Shown one piece after another: positions 27,849-41,321 of a DNA stretch of 64,000 nt. The DNA is from Eledone cirrhosa (Eukaryota), in NCBI GenBank assembly GCA_964016885.1, contig OZ024740.1, positions 386,198,001 to 386,262,000 on the forward strand, given 5' to 3'. The translations under genes and the position numbers were made by a program. The notes under the pieces are model-generated. The model was given only the letters and a program-made list of their open reading frames with translations. It was not told where the DNA came from and searched no databases. Within the stretch, counting starts at the first letter, position 1, and the number at the start of each line of letters is the position of its first letter.

Positions 27849-28099
27849 GTGTGGCGTGTATGTGCGACTTGTGAACTTTCAGCAAAGTCTGCTAATGTTG
27901 GGAGCGGCAATTTAAACTCGGACTGGTTGATACATCTGATCTTGAAATATCAAACAATACTGCTTGACTGAAAAGAATATATTTAATTCATTTACTCTTC
28001 TCTTGCAACTCAGAGTTTAGAAAGCTTTGACTTCCAGCAAAGAAATCACCAACACAAAATTTGAGTAATCTCTGCCTCTTTCGATTCAACAACTTTTAA

Positions 28100-28330
28100 C
28101 AGTAGAGGCTTCCGGCGATCTTGGTCCCTGGACCACCACCTTTCTGCTATTGGGGCAGAGTTGGTCACCCAAAGAAGTGAGCTCTGCGAGTTGGAATGTC
28201 TATTTCAACGCGTCTCCCTCACAATCCACCGGAGTAACGTTTCTCAATTCTGTCCGTTTGGACCACGAGGTAGCTTGCGCCCAGGTTTCTACATGCCAGC
28301 GAGCATTTTCCCACACGACCCGGGCTCGTA
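28100..28330 (-). mobile_element. Repeat fragment homologous to 22361-22519; probably the 5' end of the minus-strand Tx1-like element
   Basis: Colinear match to 22361-22519. It lies upstream of, and on the same strand as, the Tx1 ORF2 remnant. Confidence 0.5.
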
Positions 28331-28382
28331 TAACTGAGGTAGCGTCGTTTGAGTATTCTATCCCATATGGCTTTGGATTAAA

Positions 28383-28780
28383 AAATCGTTAGTGTGTCAG
28401 ACAAATGTTTTGCAGTGCTTGCTCTGTACCTTTACATATTGCATTCAAATCCTGCCGAGGTCAACTTTGCCTTTCATCTTTCAGAGGTGGATAAAATAAA
28501 GCACCAATCAAGTACCAGGGTCGATATCACCGACTTCCCCCCTCTCCTTCATATTGCTGATTTTATGCGCAAATTAGAAACCACCATTATGTGGTGGATT
28601 GGCAGAGCAGTATTTTTCCGGTTCTTTATGTTCAGAGTTCAAATCCCAACGAGGTCAACTTTGCCCTTCGTCATTCTGGGGTCGATAAAATAAAGACGAA
28701 CTAAATACTGTAGTCGACACAACCGACTTTCCTATTCCATAAAAATTGCTGGCATTGTGCCAAAATTAGAAACCATTCTT
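28383..28780 (+). mobile_element. Two head-to-tail tRNA-SINE copies
   Basis: TTCAAATCC..CGAGGTCAACTTTGCC..GATAAAATAAAG..CAAATTAGAAACCA occurs twice (28383-28590, 28591-28780). Confidence 0.85.
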
Positions 28781-29055
28781 ATTAAATATAATATAAAAAA
28801 TAATCAATAACCTTTGGCAGCGGATATATAATACCTATTGTTGACTACTGGAGAAAAATGAGGTTTGTAATTGCGGTTATTGTATGCAGTTAACAACACG
28901 AATGAAAATATCGGTGATAAGAGGTAGGGGCATGAGTGGTTTCATTAAGCCTCCTTTCCTCAAAGCTTCGCCTACTACTACTATTACTACTAATACTACC
29001 ACATTCATTCTCTGTTCTGTTCGCCAGGCGGCCAAAGCATGGGCTCCCATTTGCT

Positions 29056-29110
29056 CATAATTGTTTCTACTTTAGGCACAAGGCCAGCAATTACCCAGTG
29101 CATTACTGGT
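29056..29110 (-). mobile_element. 3' fragment of the tRNA-SINE
   Basis: ATAATTGTTTCTACTTTAGGCACAAGGCCAGCAATTACCCAGTGCATTACTGGT, near-identical to the SINE 3' end at 62914 onward. Confidence 0.8.
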
Positions 29111-30220
29111 TAATAGTGAGTGATGGGGAGAGCAGTTGAGACGGAGGTAGTAACTGGGAGTTTGGTTCTTTTTTGTGTTCGGACCGGGTGTATGTGTATA
29201 TGTTTCAAGAACACACACACACAAACACTAAATACTATTTAAAAAAATAGTAAATTTCCTTGCAGGTCTTCATATAATTAGTACTCCATTGATTGTAAAC
29301 AAACAATTAAGAAAATGATTATCAAGAAGGTTAAATAAAATAGAAATGTTTCTAATTCTCTCCAGTTTTAGCTGTATATCGAATTAGATAGAAAGGAGTA
29401 AACAATAACTCCTCCTAACAAACAACTCTGTTACATTACTACCACGATGACCATCAATTGTAGTAAATAATTGATAGTGACCATAACGCGACTGACCAAT
29501 ATGTCGAGAGCGTTATTCATGATAATCGGGCAAACAGTAAACAAAGAAATAAAAACAAATACAGTCAATTATTTAGTGGTGTATTTAATTCGGAAGAGGC
29601 TATGTAGACGGTAAGAGTGTCAGACACCATGAGTTGCAGCCCGAGTTAAGACAATTGTTAAGATAATTTGAAATCTTTTCCACCATCAATTGTTAAAAAA
29701 CAAGTTAAAATTATTTAGTCGTCCATTCGTAACGTACGTTACGCTTTAGTTACATACACACATATCTAAACGTAAATACATAAACAGATACAGAAGGAAG
29801 GAATTGGTGAAACGCTATAGCGATGTGTGTTTTGTACGTTTAGGGTTTATCGGCTACATAGCCTATTCGATTTAATTCGTTCCAAAACCTCGCATGTTAT
29901 CATATCTGTTCAAAACGCCAATACCTAAAGTACCCCTTCACAATTTTACAAAAATGTTATAAAAGATAAATACATATACTAGAAATAAAGTAATAATTAT
30001 ACAATAAGTTAATAAATTGCCAGAGAAAATAAATAAAGAAAAAAATTCACTTTCAATTTGTCTTACTTGATACATATAATTGAAAGAAGAATTTGAACAA
30101 AGACAAATAATTAAACAAAATATTTGCGTGAGCGAATCAAAGTGACCTTTGTCGCCAGAGTATATACAGTACTACCTATCCTTCACATACACACAATATT
30201 ATATAAATATATATATATAT

Positions 30221-33190
30221 GTTTATCTCGGGTTCAATCGGGGGTAACCACAGTAAGTAAGGTACTCAATACATAGCAGTTCTGGTCCTGTAGAAGCCAT
30301 TTCTCTCTCTCTATATATATATATATTTTCTTTTACCTGTTCCATCCATCATGCTGTTCCACATTCTATCTCCAGCCTGTTTTGGCTGGCCATTGGTGTA
30401 AGAGGGAGTTCGTTGCTGCTGCCCTTAGGTTACCTTCGTACCGTGCAATGGGCTCATCCGGGATCCTGGATAGCAGGGAGTCGAGATGTTTCTTGAAAAC
30501 ATCCACGTCCACACCATGCAGATCTCTCAAATTTCTTGGCAGCTTTTTGAAGAGTTGAGGGCCTTTCAAACCCAGGCTATTACAATATCTGCTCCTTATT
30601 CTAGATGTGGAAGACGGGACCTTTGGCACCACAGTGACGTCCTGTTCGGGGGTTGGTCCAACTCTCAATGCCAAAGTTTCGTCCAGGATTTTCCATATGT
30701 ATATCACTGCATATCTCTCCCGTCTTCGTTCCAAGGAGTAGTTTCAGTCCTTTTAGCCTCTCCCAGTAGCTCATCTCCTTCATCGTGGCAATTCTCTTGG
30801 TGTAGCTTCGTTGGATTGGCTCCAGCTCCGTGGTTAGTTTGATACTATGGAGTGACCACAGTTGGGAGCAATAGTCCAGGAGGTTTAGGGCAAATGTCCT
30901 CCATAGTATCAACATGGTCTCTCGGTCTCTTGTACGGAAAGTCCTCAAGATCCAGCCAGCGAGTCGCTTGCACGTTGTCGCCACCCTCATGATGTGCGAA
31001 GAAAAAGATGCATCATCGCTCATGTCTATCCCCAAATCTCGTATTGATTTTGACACGGGGATTTCGATCCCTCCTGGGTCGGTGAGGCTGTGTTATATTG
31101 TCTTTGTGTTTGCAGATTGCTATTGTAGGGCTTGAAGTTTTCCAAGATTAAACTGCATCTTGTTGTCCTCAGCCCATTTGTATATAGCATCCAGATATTG
31201 CTGTAAAAGGGCATCATCAGCCGGATTTTTTATTGCTTGTGCTACCTTTGTGTCATCAGCATAGCTAGTGAGGGATGTTGTATGTACTACAGAGGGCATG
31301 TCTGAGAGAACCACCAAAAACAGTAGTGGTCCCAAGACTGTGCCCTGGGTTACCCCACTTATTATTGATGTTTCTTTTGAGAGGGCCCCATTGGCTGCAA
31401 CTGTCTGGCTTCTGTCTTTTAAGAAACCATGCAGCCACTCACCTACTTTTCCAGTTATGCCGAGTGCGTGTAGTTTGTGACATATCATTCCCTGGTCGAC
31501 CTTCGCAAAGTCAAGATATATCACGTCCACATGTGGGCTGTCCAGCAGTTGTTTCAGTACCCAGTCATAGTGTTGTAACAGCTGTGTAAGGCAGCTTCTT
31601 CCTGAGCGAAAGCCATGCTGTGTGCTAGTTAGGCGGTCATTTTCCTCGAGCAGCTGAGTTTATTCTAATTTCGTTTATGGCAGATTCCTCGAGCAGCTGA
31701 GTTTATTCTAATTTCGTTTATGGCAGATATCCCATCTTCCGCCGTTATGTCTAAGTGGTGGTGGTCACCATTTCTTCGTGGGGTGTTGTGGCATCAAAGA
31801 AATCCTCTGGCTTTGTTATCTGCATGTGCCTCAATGGGGGTGTGAACACACTTTTGTACTGTTCATTCAGTATTTCACTTATCTCTTGGAGATCCTTGGT
31901 TAATGAACCATCTTTATGGAAGAGTGACCAAATCATGCAGTGTACCGAGGCAGTCTCTTTTGCAAAGAAGGCCTAAGGGTTTGTTTTAATATTTTCTATG
32001 GCCCTGGCTTCTGTCTCTGCCCTCTCCTTCTCATGGAAAAGTTTTGAGTGCAGTTTCAATTTCAAGTAGTGCCCGTTTCAGATAGGGTTCCTTCTTGTTT
32101 TTTCTGTTGTGCATTTAACTGGTTTGAGATCTTAGTTCTTCATCTCATAAGGAATTTCCGGTATCTGGGAATAAAAAATTTATGTCCGTTGGTCTATTTC
32201 TCCGGGACAAACTTATGGCATATGGTTTCTATTGTTGTCATGAAATGTTGAAAATGTGTGTTGGTGTCTTGTGTGGTGATGTCGCTCCAGTTTTGCTTCC
32301 GGATCTCTTTCTTGATCTTTTTCCAATTAGGTTTCTGAAAGTTTAGGCTGGATAAATTCCAGGAGTTTCTTAATGGTTGCGTGTCTCTGATGACTCTCTC
32401 AGACCACATAACATTAGTTCTACTAATTTATGATCGTTGGTGTCACCTTTACATTTTGGATGAGCACTACGTTGTTTGTAAAGCAGAGATCCAGGACATT
32501 CTCGCCTCTTGTTGGGAGGAGTACTGCTTGTTCCATGAACAGCCAGTGTGTGAAGGCCAACAGGGGCTCTGTCTGTCCCTGTCCGAGTGATGTCATTCCA
32601 GGGAGGAGGTGGCCCTCAGGCCATCTGACTTTTGGTAGGTTAAAGTCTCCCAGCAGCAGGATGTTGAGACCCTGGTCCAGTTCGTCAAAGACTTCTATCC
32701 TTCTGAGGCTATCCTCAAATTTACCTTCATGACTAGGGGCATCGGGTGGCCGATATGTGACACATATTACCGTTTTTAGTTGCTTCATATCTATTATCAG
32801 TGTGTCACAGACTGAGTTTGAATGTGTCAATAGTACATTGGGTGTGACATCTTCACGGATGTACAAAGCAATCCCACCATGAGTTCTCTCCTTCCTGTCT
32901 GAGCGAAAAAAAGTTCATTTTGATATATGTATTTACGCATCTACTATCCTGCTTGTCAGGTGCGTTTCGGTTAGAGCCAGACATATTGCTTGACTGCTTA
33001 TGGCTAAGTTCTCAGATAGGGAATTTTACTCATGTTAGTGGGTTTCATCAGACCTCTGCCATTCAACAGCAGCACTGGTGTGACATTTGGGATGTCAGCA
33101 ATGGCTGTCGGTGTGGTACCTGGCATTGTGTAAGTCAACAGGTTAAATTTATTCATATTCACTGCTATATACATTTCGGTGATAACCATT
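30221..33190 (-). mobile_element. CR1/L2-group LINE ORF2 remnant (APE endonuclease plus RT), frameshifted
   Basis: APE motifs LLNGRGL, YRPP, LLGDFNLP, LDLCFTN, and RT motifs QHGFRSGRSCLTQLL, DVIYLDFAK, GVTQGTVLGPLLF, YADDTK, DLGI, LDYCSQLW, ERRRERY. Confidence 0.93.
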
Positions 33191-33859
33191 ATTCAACAGC
33201 TATGACCCCATCAGGCAGAACTTGAACAGAAAAAAAACAGAACATAATGTTGGAATAGATTTTACATTGTTAATTCGTTGATATGTTCAGATCCAGAGTG
33301 TGGTGTTAATCCTCTAAGGAACTGAAAGCGTATGATTTAGAATGAACGAATTCCAGCGTCCAAAGGACATACGGCTGACTAATAAAGTGAAGGTAAGTCT
33401 ATTGAAATTCTTCGGTCAGCCTGTTAGAGTTGCTTTTAACTGCATATATATTATGGTCCAGTTAACCTACTTGCTTGTAGTGGCAGTGGTGTGAGCAGGT
33501 TTATCACTATCACCCTGTTGTGGTACTATTCGGGCTGTTAGGGAAGAATTCATGTATGTAAACTGATATGGGTTCCTCTGGTAACGTTAGTGCTTCTCCA
33601 TATCACTAGGTCTTATAATGGGAGATGCTATAAATGTGTGTTAAAACCAAAACATGTTAAAATCTAGAGGTGTTAAAAATTATAATCTATATTTTAAACA
33701 TTTAGTACACACCCGCAAACATCCATCGGCGTACACACATACCTACATCTATACATGCACATACATCCGTAGCTAAACGTAACTGCGTAAACGTAACTGC
33801 GTACACATATATACACACACACACGTGCATACGTACACACAGACGCATATGTCCCCCCA

Positions 33860-35840
33860 AGGTGGGGGAGAAATAATAGGTGTCTTATTTACTTGTAATA
33901 GTCAGTACTGATTTATTTGTGATAGTTTTGCGTGCGAAAGGTGTAAGGTTTGAGGTAGCATATCCCTCGGAGAACCGGGTCACAGACTGGGGTGGGTGGT
34001 GAGGCTCGGTGGTCGGAAATGTAGGGTCCCTGGCTTTACACAGGGTAGGACTCTGCCGACGTATATCATCTCGCTAATGAGCTAGTGTCAGTTAACTTGG
34101 GTTCGAGTTATGGAAGTGAGAGAGAAGGGTGGGCCACAGCGATGTGGTGTACGGGTCTAGCTGCTAAGTGTGGCTCTGTGGTGTCTTAAATGCTAGTTGA
34201 AACGAGAAGAGAGGGGGAGAGAGGTAGGTATAGGGGGCGGGGTTGGTGTCTCGGCGACTCAGTGCGATGGGGTTGCTATCCATATAGCTTGAGGAAAGTT
34301 CCCGTCCTAAGGTGTCTACATGTACCAAAGAAATCGGTCCTACGATTGATTAGATTAATCCCACCACTGAGTATCTCCAGAGTCTCACTTAGAGGTTGGA
34401 GATGTCAGATCCACCTCCGTCTGGTGGTACCGCCCTAAAATTGGACCACACCAAAGAGTACGGGGTCCTGTCCAGCTTGAGCTTCCATATCAATTCGGAA
34501 AGGGTCGTACTTTTCCTTTTGTCGATCCCATTAAAGGAATGGCGGTGGTTATACCATCTGTCCTTGAAGCTCGTTGATGTGACTCCTATGTAAAGGTGTT
34601 GCGAGTTGGGGGTTGTAACTCATCGCATCGGTAGACTATGTTCTTCAATAGGTATTCATTTCTTAGGGGGCATAATGTGCGGTTTCTGCAGTTGCATGAA
34701 GTGATCAACCCCTGCATGTTTACTTTGGGATTCCCAATGTCTAGGTTCGGGCAGTCGGTCCCTGTGACTAGTACAGGGTCCCTAGGCTGGTGGATGTTCC
34801 TCTGGTCAATCCCGGGTCCACCATTTACCCACTCTAGGCTCTGTTGCGTGGTTATAGGATCAACTGTTGTCTGTCTAAAGGTCCTAAGTCTATTCCTTCC
34901 TACTGATATTAACTATGTGCTGGGCTACGCTGTGCGTGGTGGAAATCTTCACTGTGTGCCTATTAAAGATTTTGTGGTATATGTGGGGCCTCGAGAATCA
35001 TTTATCCAGTGCCTTAAAGAATGAACCGGCCAGACTTGTCTGCAAGCCCGCGAAGTATGATGGATTATACCATGTAATTTTTCTAAGCCTAGTCCCATGT
35101 GGGTGGGTGGGTTGAACACGCAGCAGGCCGTCGGGGACCTACAGCTTACCGCACTATTGCTATCCCATTGGGCGTTATGTTTTTGCTAACTGTTCTGCTC
35201 TTACCGGTGGAATGGTGCCTGCCCACACCGGGGGCTCCACGCTCGGATGTTCCACCGCCCATCCCGGTCGGTGTCATGTGGTTGGGGACGCTAGGTCCGG
35301 GGTGGTTAGTATCCCCGCTATACCCAACTCGCGTATTGGGTTTATTCGCATGCCCAGGCGCATGCGTCATTTTCGCAAGCGTAGTGGTGCCAGGCTCAGG
35401 GGGTTTAGGTGCAGTGGCTTCAACCCTACCTGTACTAATTGGGTTTCCTCTCTTCCGGATACTGCAGCTCGAAGGGCCGATAGGCCATCTCTATCATCAT
35501 AGCGCATCGGGTTATAAGATATAGTTTGGCCATGGGCCGCCTTTCCTAGAACTATATTATAATAATCAGCGTCACTATCGAATATCTCCTTATTGGCAGA
35601 CAAGTTGGAGTCCTGTCCGAGACACTCTTGACTACGGCCTTAATAATAGATCTAGGGTGGTTGGACTTCGCATTAACATACACCAGCTTCTCGTTAGGCT
35701 TATGATTGGGTAGTAGAGCTCAGTGTTTAGGTTTAGGGTGGTGTCTAGGAAGTTAACTACCTTTCTATTGGAGTCTATTTCTATACTGAGCCCTTGATTC
35801 TTAAATAAATGTCTAATTAGCCTCATCATTCCCTCCACCA
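33860..35840 (-). mobile_element. 5'-truncated Penelope-like element: RT end, thumb/linker and GIY-YIG endonuclease
   Basis: VNFLDTTLNL, KPNEKLVYVNAKSNHP, HKIFNRHTVKIS, then CNCRNRTLCPL..KNIVYRC...YIGVTSTSFKDRWYNHRHSF..TTLSELIWKLK (34400-34700). Confidence 0.9.
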
Positions 35841-35849
35841 TACACACAC

Positions 35850-35918
<69 letters not shown>
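35841..35918. repeat. (CA)n(TA)n microsatellite
   Basis: Read directly from the sequence. Confidence 0.95.
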
Positions 35919-35920
<2 letters not shown>

Positions 35921-36807
35921 TGGTAAACGGAATAGAAAATGCTGACAAATTGTTCACAGTGAAAAATAGTTTAATTAGGAATAAATGAGAATTAGTAATT
36001 GTATTGGTTAGTATTCAGTTTTGGTTTTAAGTTTTACCGGTTGCGCATTTCTAAATGCTTTTCAAAAATAATTTTGAGATAGAGCGTCCGTGATGTTTGC
36101 TCTGATCTGATTAGTTTTGGGAATTCTACCTGTTTTTATGTTAAATTAAAATACGGGAATACAGGAAAATACCACTGAGTGAACACATTGATACCTGTGC
36201 CGCAAAAATCATCCCAACTTCAGAATCTTTCCCCTTTACAAATTTAAAGATAATGCCACCCACACCCAGCGCATCAGCAAGGAATCTTACTTTATTAACA
36301 AATACGGACCCCGTCTAAACACTTCTCCCTAAGACGAACCCACAACATACACACGTCAACATACATACCTACATCAGCACACATCTCTACCCACATATAA
36401 ACACAATGACATACGTAAACACACATGTTCTATGGTGCAACACAAATATATATATATATATATATATATAGTGAATATATGTATGTATATATATATATAG
36501 TAAATATCATTTCACACCTTTTATTGTTAAGGTTTTTGATGTTCTATTGAGAGAATCGATTTTACCTAAAATATCGAATGTACACCATTTTACCAGGAAA
36601 AAAATAATGGTCCACCCACACACACACACACACACATACACATACACTAACATACAAAGAGACTTATACACACACACACGCACACACACATACACACACA
36701 CTTCTCCGTACAAGACAAGAGCTGAAAAATATCTTTTAACATGTTAAAATATCCCCCACTCACAGACACATTCCTACTGACCATCCCTCTACCACGAATT
36801 ACTCTGC

Positions 36808-36860
<53 letters not shown>

Positions 36861-37349
36861 TCTTAATAGGCATTTGAACTGTCAACAGGCTGCGGTTCGC
36901 GCACACATCCCTGCTAACCATTATCACAACAACGAACACTTTACTACTACTACTACACACACACACATATTTGTTGTGAAAGAGTCATTTCTCAGTCTTG
37001 GCGCAAAATCAATTTTTTACATTCACATGACCTCTACCGACCAATCAAAATTTTTTGACCACAAGAATTTTTGCAACACGAATTGGCGCAAAAACCAATT
37101 TTAATAGCGCTGGAGCCATTTTTTTTAAACATAGAAACAGGTAGAATTCCCAAAACTAATCAGATCAGAGCAAACATCCCGGACGCTCTATCTCAAAATT
37201 ATTTTTGAAAAGCATTTAGAAATGTGCAACCGGTAAAACTTAAAACCAAAACTGAATACTAACCAATACAATTACTAATTCTCATTTATTCCTAATTAAA
37301 CTATTTTTCACTGAACAATTTGTCAGCGTTTTCTATTCCGTTTACCAAT
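35919..37349 (+). mobile_element. Truncated Penelope-like element (Neptune-type endonuclease end) preceded by an inverted copy of its own 3' end
   Basis: 36150-36320 translates REYRKIPLSEHIDTCA..NFRIFPLYKF..KESYFINKYGPRLN (GIY-YIG C-terminus). 35919-36142 is the reverse complement of 37128-37349. Confidence 0.8.
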
Positions 37350-37395
37350 ATATAATAACTTGTGTGTTACACCTCTATTCTTTTAACTATATATA

Positions 37396-38009
37396 TATTC
37401 TTCTTTGAGCTAATATTATTATTATTACTGTGAACTGCCGAATACTCTTAATTCTGATCCTAGTATACTTAACGAGCTCCAAATTGTTGAGCTAATAAAT
37501 TCGAATGGTTGGGCTGCTCTCTCTAGCATTTTCCCCAATCCATGAGAACCGTTATTGGATGCAAATAACACGTGATTTCACCCTACCCTGTGCAGCGTGT
37601 ATATTAGATTTCTCTCTATTCATGAGGTTAGATGTGTAGTAAACAGAATCCACATTTGCTGACTGAAGAAACTGTGGCTGTTAAACTGCACATTCCTGTG
37701 GCGAAACGAACTTAATTCGTATCAGCAAACTTATAGTTATAAGGTTAGTAATTTAAAATCTACTTCAGAGATTTGATTCTGACTTAGGTTATTTTCTATT
37801 TAATTGCTAAACATGTAGATATTGTTTTCTATACAGTAACGGTCAAAATCACTAGTAATAATCCTTTACACACATTTCACTGTGTAACACACTTCTATTT
37901 GTGTAATATATTTGTATCTGAGCTCAGAAGAAAATTCTCTATTCTTCTTTGAGCTAATAATATTATTATTATTACTGTGAACTGCGGAATACTCTTAATT
38001 CCGATCCTA

Positions 38010-38014
<5 letters not shown>
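37396..38014 (+). mobile_element. 544-bp non-coding unit with ~72-bp terminal direct repeats and one hammerhead motif (retrozyme or solo-pLTR-like)
   Basis: TATTCTTCTTTGAGCTAATA...GATCCTAGTATA at 37396-37467 and 37940-38014. Both ends abut (TA)n. Confidence 0.75.
37655..37729 (+). ncRNA. Type I hammerhead ribozyme motif (family A)
   Basis: Stem I TTTGCTGA/TCAGCAAA (8 bp); core CTGAAGA (37663-69); GAAA (37703-06); stem III ACGAA-cttaa-TTCGT; cleavage triplet GTA. Stem II is weak. Confidence 0.8.
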
Positions 38015-38072
<58 letters not shown>

Positions 38073-38761
38073 TATATATAAATATATATATAAATAAATA
38101 TATATATAAATAAATATATATATAAATAAATATATATATAAATAAATATATATATAAATAAATATATATATAAATAAATATATATATAAATAAATATATA
38201 TATAAATAAATATATATATAAATAAATATATATATAAATAAATATATATATAAATAAATATATATATAAATAAATATATATATAAATATATATATGAATT
38301 AATATATATATAAATATATAAATAAATAAATATATATATAAATATATAAATAAATATAAATATATATATAAATATATAAATAAATAAATATATATATAAA
38401 TATATAAATAAATATATATATATAAATAAATATATATATATAAATAAATATATATATAAATATATATATAAATAAATATATAAATAAATATATATATATA
38501 TATATATAAATATATATATAAATAAATATATATATAAATAAATATATATATAAATAAATATATATATAAATAAATATATATATAAATAAATATATATATA
38601 AATAAATATATATATAAATAAATATATATATAAATAAATATATATATAAATAAATATATATATAAATAAATATATATATAAATAAATATATATATAAATA
38701 AATATATATATAAATAAATATATATATAAATAAATATATATATAAATAAATATATATATAA

Positions 38762-38810
<49 letters not shown>

Positions 38811-38820
38811 TATATATATA

Positions 38821-38852
<32 letters not shown>

Positions 38853-39394
38853 AATAAGTATATATATAAATAAATATATATATAAATATATATATATATA
38901 TAAATAAATAAATATATATATAAATAAATATATATATAAATAAATATATATATATATATATATAAATATATAAATAAATATATATATATATAAATATATA
39001 AATAAATATATACATAAATATATACAAATAAATATATGATAGGGATTAACACTAATACAAGTATGTAAGTGTTTGTATTGCAAATGACCAAGTTAGCTAG
39101 ATTGTAAAAGACTGTTTGAGTTTATAACTATATATAGTATAAATATATATAAATATATAAATAAATGTATAAATAAATATAAATATAAATATATATATAA
39201 ATATATATAAATATATATATAAATATATATAAATATAAATATATATATAAATATAAATATAAATATATATATAAATATAAATATATATACATATATATAA
39301 ATATATATATATATAAATATATGCAAAAGTTTTATTTAAAATTGTTGGGTTACAACGAATAAATATTTGTATAAATAAATATATAAATATATAT

Positions 39395-39481
39395 ATAGGA
39401 ACGAGTAGGACCCCGACGGCTGAGCTCAAGCCGTTTTAAAACGGCTTGAGCACAGCCGTTTGGGGTCCTACTCATTCCTAT
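39395..39481. repeat. 87-bp near-perfect spacerless palindrome, copy 1
   Basis: ATAGGAACGAGTAGGACCCCGACGGCTGAGCTCAAGCCGTTTT|AAAACGGCTTGAGCACAGCCGTTTGGGGTCCTACTCATTCCTAT. Confidence 0.95.
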
Positions 39482-40079
39482 TACCCACTCTACTACCCGA
39501 AGTATTGAGTACTTTGGTGCGTTATGGTCCACCTGGTTCCTTAACACATTTCCTTCGTTAATATATATATAAATATATATATAAATAAATATATATATAT
39601 ATATATCAATAAATAAATATATATATATATATATCAATAAATAAATATATATATATATATACAATAAATATATATATCAATAAATATATATATATATATA
39701 TCAATAAATATATATATATATATATAAATAAATAAATATATATATATAAATAAATATATATATATATATATAAATAAATATATATATATATAAATAAATA
39801 TATATATATATAAATAAATATATATATATATATAAATAAATATATATATATATATAAATATATATATATATATTTATTTATATATATTTTATATATATTT
39901 ATTTATACAATAAGCTAACTGCTGCCAAAACATTCTCTCTTCACAATCTCTACTAGTCTGACAGTCTTAAACCCTAAGACTCCCTCCACCTTACTCACTT
40001 CCCTCTTCCCCTTCTCTTCCTACCTCCTTCTTTATCTTTTATCTAGTGTATGAAATATTTTCATATCATTCTAATACAA

Positions 40080-40196
40080 AGGTCTGATGACATGGTGTGT
40101 TGGCTTACAGTGTACTTTCGGTTTTTGATAATATTTGTGTATTATTCAAATAGCGAGGTATAGGTAACTCATACACTATAGAAACAATTGTTACCT
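40080..40196 (+). ncRNA. Type I hammerhead ribozyme motif (family D), copy 1, inside the ~340-bp island 39903-40240
   Basis: Stem I AGGT/ACCT; CTGATGA (40084-90); stem II ATGGTGTGT/ATACACTAT with a long loop; GAAA (40181-84); palindromic stem III AACAATTGTT; triplet GTT. Confidence 0.7.
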
Positions 40197-40282
40197 AATA
40201 AATTCTATATACCCGCATTTCCATTTCGTAAATTTTTTCTATATATATATATTTATATATATATATATATATAAATAAATAA

Positions 40283-40313
<31 letters not shown>

Positions 40314-40354
40314 TAAATATATATTTATATATATATATATATATCAATAAATAA

Positions 40355-40415
<61 letters not shown>

Positions 40416-40874
40416 TAAATATATATATATATATAAATAAATAAATATATATATAAATAAATAAATAAATATATATATATATAAATAAATATATATATAA
40501 ATAAATATATATATATATAAATAAATATATATATAAATAAATATATATATATATAAATATATATATATATAATAAATAAATATATATATATATAAATAAA
40601 TATATATATATATAAATAAATAAATATATATATAAATAAATAAATATATATATATATATATAAATAAATATATATATATAAATAAATATATATAAATAAA
40701 TATATATATATAAATAAATATATATATATAAATAAATATATATATATAAATAAATATATATATATAAATAAATATATATAAATAAATATATATATATAAA
40801 TAAATATATATATATAAATAAATATATATATATAAATAAATATATATATATAAATAAATATATATATATAAATA

Positions 40875-40926
<52 letters not shown>

Positions 40927-40954
40927 AATATATAAATATAAATATATATATATA

Positions 40955-40986
<32 letters not shown>

Positions 40987-41023
40987 AATATATAAATATA
41001 TAAATATATATATATATATAAAT

Positions 41024-41054
<31 letters not shown>

Positions 41055-41089
41055 AATATATATATATATAAATATATATATATATAAAT

Positions 41090-41190
<101 letters not shown>

Positions 41191-41246
41191 TATATATATA
41201 TAAATATATATATATATAAATATATATATATAAGTATATATATATA

Positions 41247-41320
<74 letters not shown>

Positions 41321-41321
41321 T

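Noticed and set aside
33340-33425. Minus-strand hammerhead near the Penelope-like 3' end (GGCTGA-CCGAAGA...TCAGCC)
   Set aside because: The core is CCGAAGA and no GAAA or stem III can be placed. At best a dead remnant.
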